From Nitrospira sp. (lineage in GTDB: Bacteria; Nitrospirota; Nitrospiria; Nitrospirales; Nitrospiraceae): a stretch of DNA of 64,000 nucleotides. The DNA is taken from assembly GCA_047150005.1 (NCBI GenBank), contig AP038806.1, positions 1,248,001 through 1,312,000 of the forward strand. The letters are read 5' to 3'. Below are positions 59,940 through 64,000 of this stretch, one piece after another; positions within the stretch are counted from its first letter, which is position 1; each line of letters opens with the position of its first letter. Under the pieces are notes generated by a model. That model was not told where the DNA came from. It worked only from the letters and a program-made list of their open reading frames with translations, and did not search any database. Position numbers and translations under genes: made by a program.

Positions 59940-61208
59940 ATGACTCGATCCGACCAGACCGAGCTGCTCCGGACCAAGAGCCGGCAATTGGCTGTGGGCA
60001 CGCTCAAGCTGTTCGGCACGCTCCCGAGAAGTCCCGAAATTCTGGCGCTCGAACCCTCGGTCGTCAAGGCAGCCGCCTCCTTGGCCGCAAGTTGCCGGGC
60101 TCTTGCGCGGTCCGTCTCGAAAACTGAGGACCCGGCCAGGCGGCGCGATGCGGCGAACGACGCCGACGACTGCCTGTTCTGGCTGGACTTGCTCCGGGCG
60201 ACCGTGACGGAGCACGAGCCGGCCATCCACCCCCTCCTCGAAGAACTGACGGACATCATGGCGCTGCTGTCGACCGACGGTGATCCGGACGGGCCTCCTT
60301 CCGTCGAAACTCCTCTTAGCCGGGCGCCGGTCACCGAAGCGATCAAGCCCCAGGCGGCGGACGGCGAGACGACCGGACGAACGCTGCGCATGCTGTCGTT
60401 CGAGAGTCGCATGGCCAAGGAGATGGGCCGGTTGATCGAGCATGTCGGCGGCACGCCGCTGGTGACCCCGGCCCTTCGCGAAATTCCCATTCCCCTCCAG
60501 GATAACGGTGCCGTACTTCGGTTCGGCGTGAAACTCATGCTCCGCCAGATCGATATTCTGATCCTGCTCACGGGCGTCGGCACCAGGGCGTTGCTTGAAA
60601 CCCTCCAAATCCGCTACCCGCTCGCACAACTCATTGACGCCCTGACGCACACCATGATCGTGACGCGAGGGCCGAAACCGCTGGCCGCGCTGAAACATAT
60701 CGGGGTGGAATCGAATCTCACCGTGCCGGAGCCGAATACCTGGCAGGACGTCGTCGCGACGCTCGACTATTACAGGCCTGTGCAGGGATTGCGGATCGCC
60801 GTGCAGGAATACGGCATTTCCAATCCAGACCTGATCAACGATCTCAAAATCAGGGGAGCGGAGGTCTTCGCCGTGCCGGTCTACCGATGGGCCATGCCGA
60901 TCGACACGGCGCCGCTTGCCGGAGCGATCGAGGAAATAGTACAGGGCGCGATCGATGTGGTGTTGGTGACGAACGCGGCCCAGATTGACCACGTCATGCA
61001 ACTGGTCGAGCGCACGGGCCGAACCGAGGCCTTTCGGGCCGCCTGCCAGCGGCTGGTGGTGGCCTCCATCGGACCCACCGCCAGCGAACGCCTCCGGCAC
61101 TACGACATTCCAGTCGACCTCGAACCCTCCCATCCGAAGATGGGCATCCTGGTCAAGGAAGCCGCGACACTGGCACCGGCCCTGCTCCAGAGAAAACGAG
61201 GCGCGTAG
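59940..61208 (+). CDS. hemD: Uroporphyrinogen-III synthase with an N-terminal four-helix-bundle domain
   Basis: FESRMA, PALREIP, LTGVG, RGPKP, PEPNTW, VQEYG, VYRW, ASIGP, PSHPKMG; extra N-terminal region of about 145 aa. Confidence 0.85.
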   Translation: MTRSDQTELLRTKSRQLAVGTLKLFGTLPRSPEILALEPSVVKAAASLAASCRALARSVSKTEDPARRRDAANDADDCLFWLDLLRATVTEHEPAIHPLLEELTDIMALLSTDGDPDGPPSVETPLSRAPVTEAIKPQAADGETTGRTLRMLSFESRMAKEMGRLIEHVGGTPLVTPALREIPIPLQDNGAVLRFGVKLMLRQIDILILLTGVGTRALLETLQIRYPLAQLIDALTHTMIVTRGPKPLAALKHIGVESNLTVPEPNTWQDVVATLDYYRPVQGLRIAVQEYGISNPDLINDLKIRGAEVFAVPVYRWAMPIDTAPLAGAIEEIVQGAIDVVLVTNAAQIDHVMQLVERTGRTEAFRAACQRLVVASIGPTASERLRHYDIPVDLEPSHPKMGILVKEAATLAPALLQRKRGA

Positions 61209-61217
61209 ATAATCAGG

Positions 61218-61252
61218 CATGAGGGAAACCCGGGCCACGGGTTTCCCTCATG
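61218..61252. terminator. Hairpin between convergent genes (probable terminator)
   Basis: 15-bp perfect stem CATGAGGGAAACCCG-ggcca-CGGGTTTCCCTCATG. Confidence 0.7.
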
Positions 61253-61274
61253 TCGATCGCGCCGGCAGAACCGA

Positions 61275-64000
61275 TCAGCGCATCACGGAAGACACAGGAC
61301 CGATCCGAGGCGGAGTCTCGGCGTCGGCCTGCTTGACCCCTGGACGAATGCTCGATAGGCCTTTGATCCGTTGGTCGCCGGCCGGGAGCACGCGCAGATA
61401 GCCCCATTGCCCGGACTGCGAATAGGGCAGCCGTTGATTGCTCCAGACATAATCGCCCGGCATCCGGAATGGGCCTCCGGCGCTGGGGAGGAAGGCATCC
61501 AGGGTCTCAGACCCCGAGAACTCCACCACGCTGATCATGTCGGCTCCGCGCATGAAGGGCTCGATCGGCCATTCATGACGTTCGACGCTGAACATGCCGT
61601 TCTGCTCGTTGCTTGCCCCAAACACATGGATCCGCACCGGATCTCCGGCATGCGCCTCGATGATCGGAGTCGCAGGATCCTCCGGCTTGTCCACAACGCA
61701 GGGCTGGAACACCTTACCCAGACTGCAGCCGGTATCCTGGCGGAACCTATAGGGTTCCGCACGGTAGTTGACGGCGGTCAGGCCCGCCGTGTTCTGCACG
61801 TAGGGCATGAAGCTCGTCCCGATGATATTGTCCTCGTCTTGGAAGAACAGTGCCACATCGCGATAGTTGACGCGATTCTCATACCCCTGAATGGTCCGGT
61901 CTACGATGACATCGGCCACCCAGCTGTTCTTGGTCGAGATATCTGCGCCGGTCTTGGGATCCCGGTACTGGGCGCCCTTCGGACCGATCACCACCGCTCC
62001 ATAGAGCCCGCTCCGAGGATTGAGCATCACATTGCCCCAATCCCATACCAGCGAGGCAGTTTCTCCGAGAAACGGATCCGCGTAATAGGTGTACGTGCGG
62101 TTCTCTCCGGGCGCCACCGTCTGCTCGCCGGGATTGTTCCCGACGTTCGCCCCGAGCGAATCCTTGGGGTCGAATGCCAAACCGATGGCGGAGAACGAGG
62201 CTCGACCCTCTTTCATCCGGTTGGTCAGCTTGATTTTGAGACAGTCTCCGACATTGGCCCGCAGCGTCAGCGGCATCGGCTGCAGCCCGCTGCCCACCCT
62301 GGCGACTTCCTCCTCCAGCGCGTAGATCTTCGCGTTGGGGTTCACCATTTGGATCGTCCGTTCGAAGTCCACCTCGATCACATCGGGAGCCCTTGGATTC
62401 AGCTTCATCGAGGGATAATCCATCGCCACGACGTTGAAGCTCTTCACCGGAGCGTCCGCCGGACAGATCGGAAGCGGCTGCGGAATGTTGTTCCTGCGGC
62501 TGTAGCCGGCCGGCAGTTTCTGCAGGTCCGGCGCTTCCTTGTCCAGCACCCGCATGATGCTCCACGCACCCTCCGAGAACTTGGAAGTGCGGCCGTTGAA
62601 GTGGATGTAATCCCCCGGCTGGAGCCGCGGGCCGCCGGCTTGCGGCACCACGAGATCGTAGCGCTCGGCAATGCCGATGTGGATCGAGTTCTTCCGGTTC
62701 GCATCGCCCGCATAGCGTTCGGTCAGATAGGTATGACCGGACAGCGTCCAGACCATCGTTTCGTTCGCCATGGTCTGAAGCAGCCGGAACACCACCGTGT
62801 CACCCAAGTACGCTCGCACCATCGGCGTGTAGGGATCGCCGTGAACGGCGCTGCTGAACAGCTTGGACGGATCCGGATTGACTACCAGGCGGCTGGAGAT
62901 GGGCTCTGCCTTGAAATTCAATCCGCCTCCCGTCGTATGGGTTCCGCCGTTGAGGAACGGCATCGGCGTCATTGGGATCTTCTCCGGCATCGGGAACGAC
63001 ACGGTCTTCCCGGCTTCCAGTGCCACCTCGATGGGCTGCCCGGGAGGATTGCCCGCCGTGACAATGTTCACCGTATGCGGCACGGTGTCGTTGAGCTGCA
63101 CCAGCAACTCGCGGAAGCTGCCGTTGACTCCGTAGCCCACCGGTTCGGCGGTCCGGATGTCGGCCAACGGTCCGCTTCGGATCTGCTTGCCTGTCTTCGG
63201 ATCATGATACGTCGAACCCACGGGCTCAATGATGATGGTTCCGAATCCTCCGTGCGGCCAGGTCACCCGACCCAACGCGTGATCGTGCCAGAAGACCGTT
63301 CCCACATCGGAGTCCACCCAGAACCGCTGGCGGACGAACTCGACCGTCACGATATCATTCACCGGATGGTCGTTCTTCAAGGGTCGATACAACGTGATCT
63401 GGTTCCCCTTGATGGACTTCACGCGTCCGATTTCGTTGCCTCCGACATTGTCCGCACCGATCAGGAGCTCCACGTTCGGGTGGTACTGCGCGGCGTTCTT
63501 GAGCGTGATCACCCGCTCGCCCTTCTTGGCGGCCTTGGTGAACGTCGTGTTCATCGGCAGCGGCAGGCCCTTGTTGACCTTTTTCTGCAGCATCGTGAAC
63601 GGACGCACCGACTGCTCATACGAGAATCCGGTGATCACGCCGTCCGACGATTGGTTGTCGAACTGAAGGAAATGCCAATGCGTGTTGATCTTCGACGAGT
63701 GGAAGTTGATATGGTCGTCGTCTTCCCACTCGCTGGTCAGCATCCAATCGATACAGTCATAAATATTCGCCCGCACGACGAGCGGATACTTGATGGCGCT
63801 TTTCCGGACCTGAGCCTCTTCCTCGTGCAACACATAGATCAGGCCGTCCTTGTCCTCGATCGCCGGCGTGTCGCCTTGCTTGTCGGCGAGCGTCATCGGC
63901 GTCTGGATGAAATGCACGTTGTATTTCTTGGAGCCCGCGTTCTCCGGGCACATGCTCCAGCGCCCGTTCTCCCCCGGCTTCGCCGGATAGGAACTCGGCA
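61275..64000 (-). CDS. Large multicopper oxidase (MnxG-like), C-terminal part; start lies beyond the window
   Basis: PLVVRAN..DC, INTHWHF, VFWHDH, PHGGFG, GIAERYDL, GLYGAVVI; frame stays open to the window end. Confidence 0.85.
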   Translation of the reverse strand, partial: PSSYPAKPGENGRWSMCPENAGSKKYNVHFIQTPMTLADKQGDTPAIEDKDGLIYVLHEEEAQVRKSAIKYPLVVRANIYDCIDWMLTSEWEDDDHINFHSSKINTHWHFLQFDNQSSDGVITGFSYEQSVRPFTMLQKKVNKGLPLPMNTTFTKAAKKGERVITLKNAAQYHPNVELLIGADNVGGNEIGRVKSIKGNQITLYRPLKNDHPVNDIVTVEFVRQRFWVDSDVGTVFWHDHALGRVTWPHGGFGTIIIEPVGSTYHDPKTGKQIRSGPLADIRTAEPVGYGVNGSFRELLVQLNDTVPHTVNIVTAGNPPGQPIEVALEAGKTVSFPMPEKIPMTPMPFLNGGTHTTGGGLNFKAEPISSRLVVNPDPSKLFSSAVHGDPYTPMVRAYLGDTVVFRLLQTMANETMVWTLSGHTYLTERYAGDANRKNSIHIGIAERYDLVVPQAGGPRLQPGDYIHFNGRTSKFSEGAWSIMRVLDKEAPDLQKLPAGYSRRNNIPQPLPICPADAPVKSFNVVAMDYPSMKLNPRAPDVIEVDFERTIQMVNPNAKIYALEEEVARVGSGLQPMPLTLRANVGDCLKIKLTNRMKEGRASFSAIGLAFDPKDSLGANVGNNPGEQTVAPGENRTYTYYADPFLGETASLVWDWGNVMLNPRSGLYGAVVIGPKGAQYRDPKTGADISTKNSWVADVIVDRTIQGYENRVNYRDVALFFQDEDNIIGTSFMPYVQNTAGLTAVNYRAEPYRFRQDTGCSLGKVFQPCVVDKPEDPATPIIEAHAGDPVRIHVFGASNEQNGMFSVERHEWPIEPFMRGADMISVVEFSGSETLDAFLPSAGGPFRMPGDYVWSNQRLPYSQSGQWGYLRVLPAGDQRIKGLSSIRPGVKQADAETPPRIGPVSSVMR

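Noticed and set aside
59940..60270. Avd-like domain as evidence of a diversity-generating retroelement
   Set aside because: No reverse transcriptase or TR/VR repeat pair seen in the window, although the adjacent FGE-type fold is a known DGR target class

Overview
GC-rich bacterial chromosome segment made mostly of core genes. Gene content and order suggest a Nitrospira-type organism (inference; no database check was possible). From left to right it contains: an aspartate-family operon on the minus strand (alaC-hom-thrC-apgM-like-lysC, no thrB); pdxJ-nnr-tsaE-lapA-like-mutS; a two-gene operon of unknown exported proteins; the rimP-nusA-infB-DUF503-rbfA-truB-rpsO-pnp-M16 peptidase operon with a rimP-leader attenuator; ferredoxins and a nitrosocyanin-like cupredoxin; ugd; five HEAT/PBS-lyase repeat genes interrupted by a His-rich secreted beta-propeller gene; several apparently degenerate hydrolases; polA, nth, rpsU and ftcD; DsrE/TusA sulfur carriers; a truncated Rieske oxygenase; a secreted stand-alone Lon domain; a CPA2 antiporter; a CmlA-like MBL-fold protein preceded by heptamer repeats; an FGE-family protein; a four-helix-bundle::HemD fusion; and the 3' part of a very large multicopper oxidase. 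I saw no rRNA, tRNA, CRISPR array, transposase or integrase. The strongest novelty candidates are the four-helix-bundle-HemD fusion, the HEAT/propeller cluster and the nitrosocyanin-like cupredoxin with its repeat-bearing leader. All family assignments come from motif recognition by eye.
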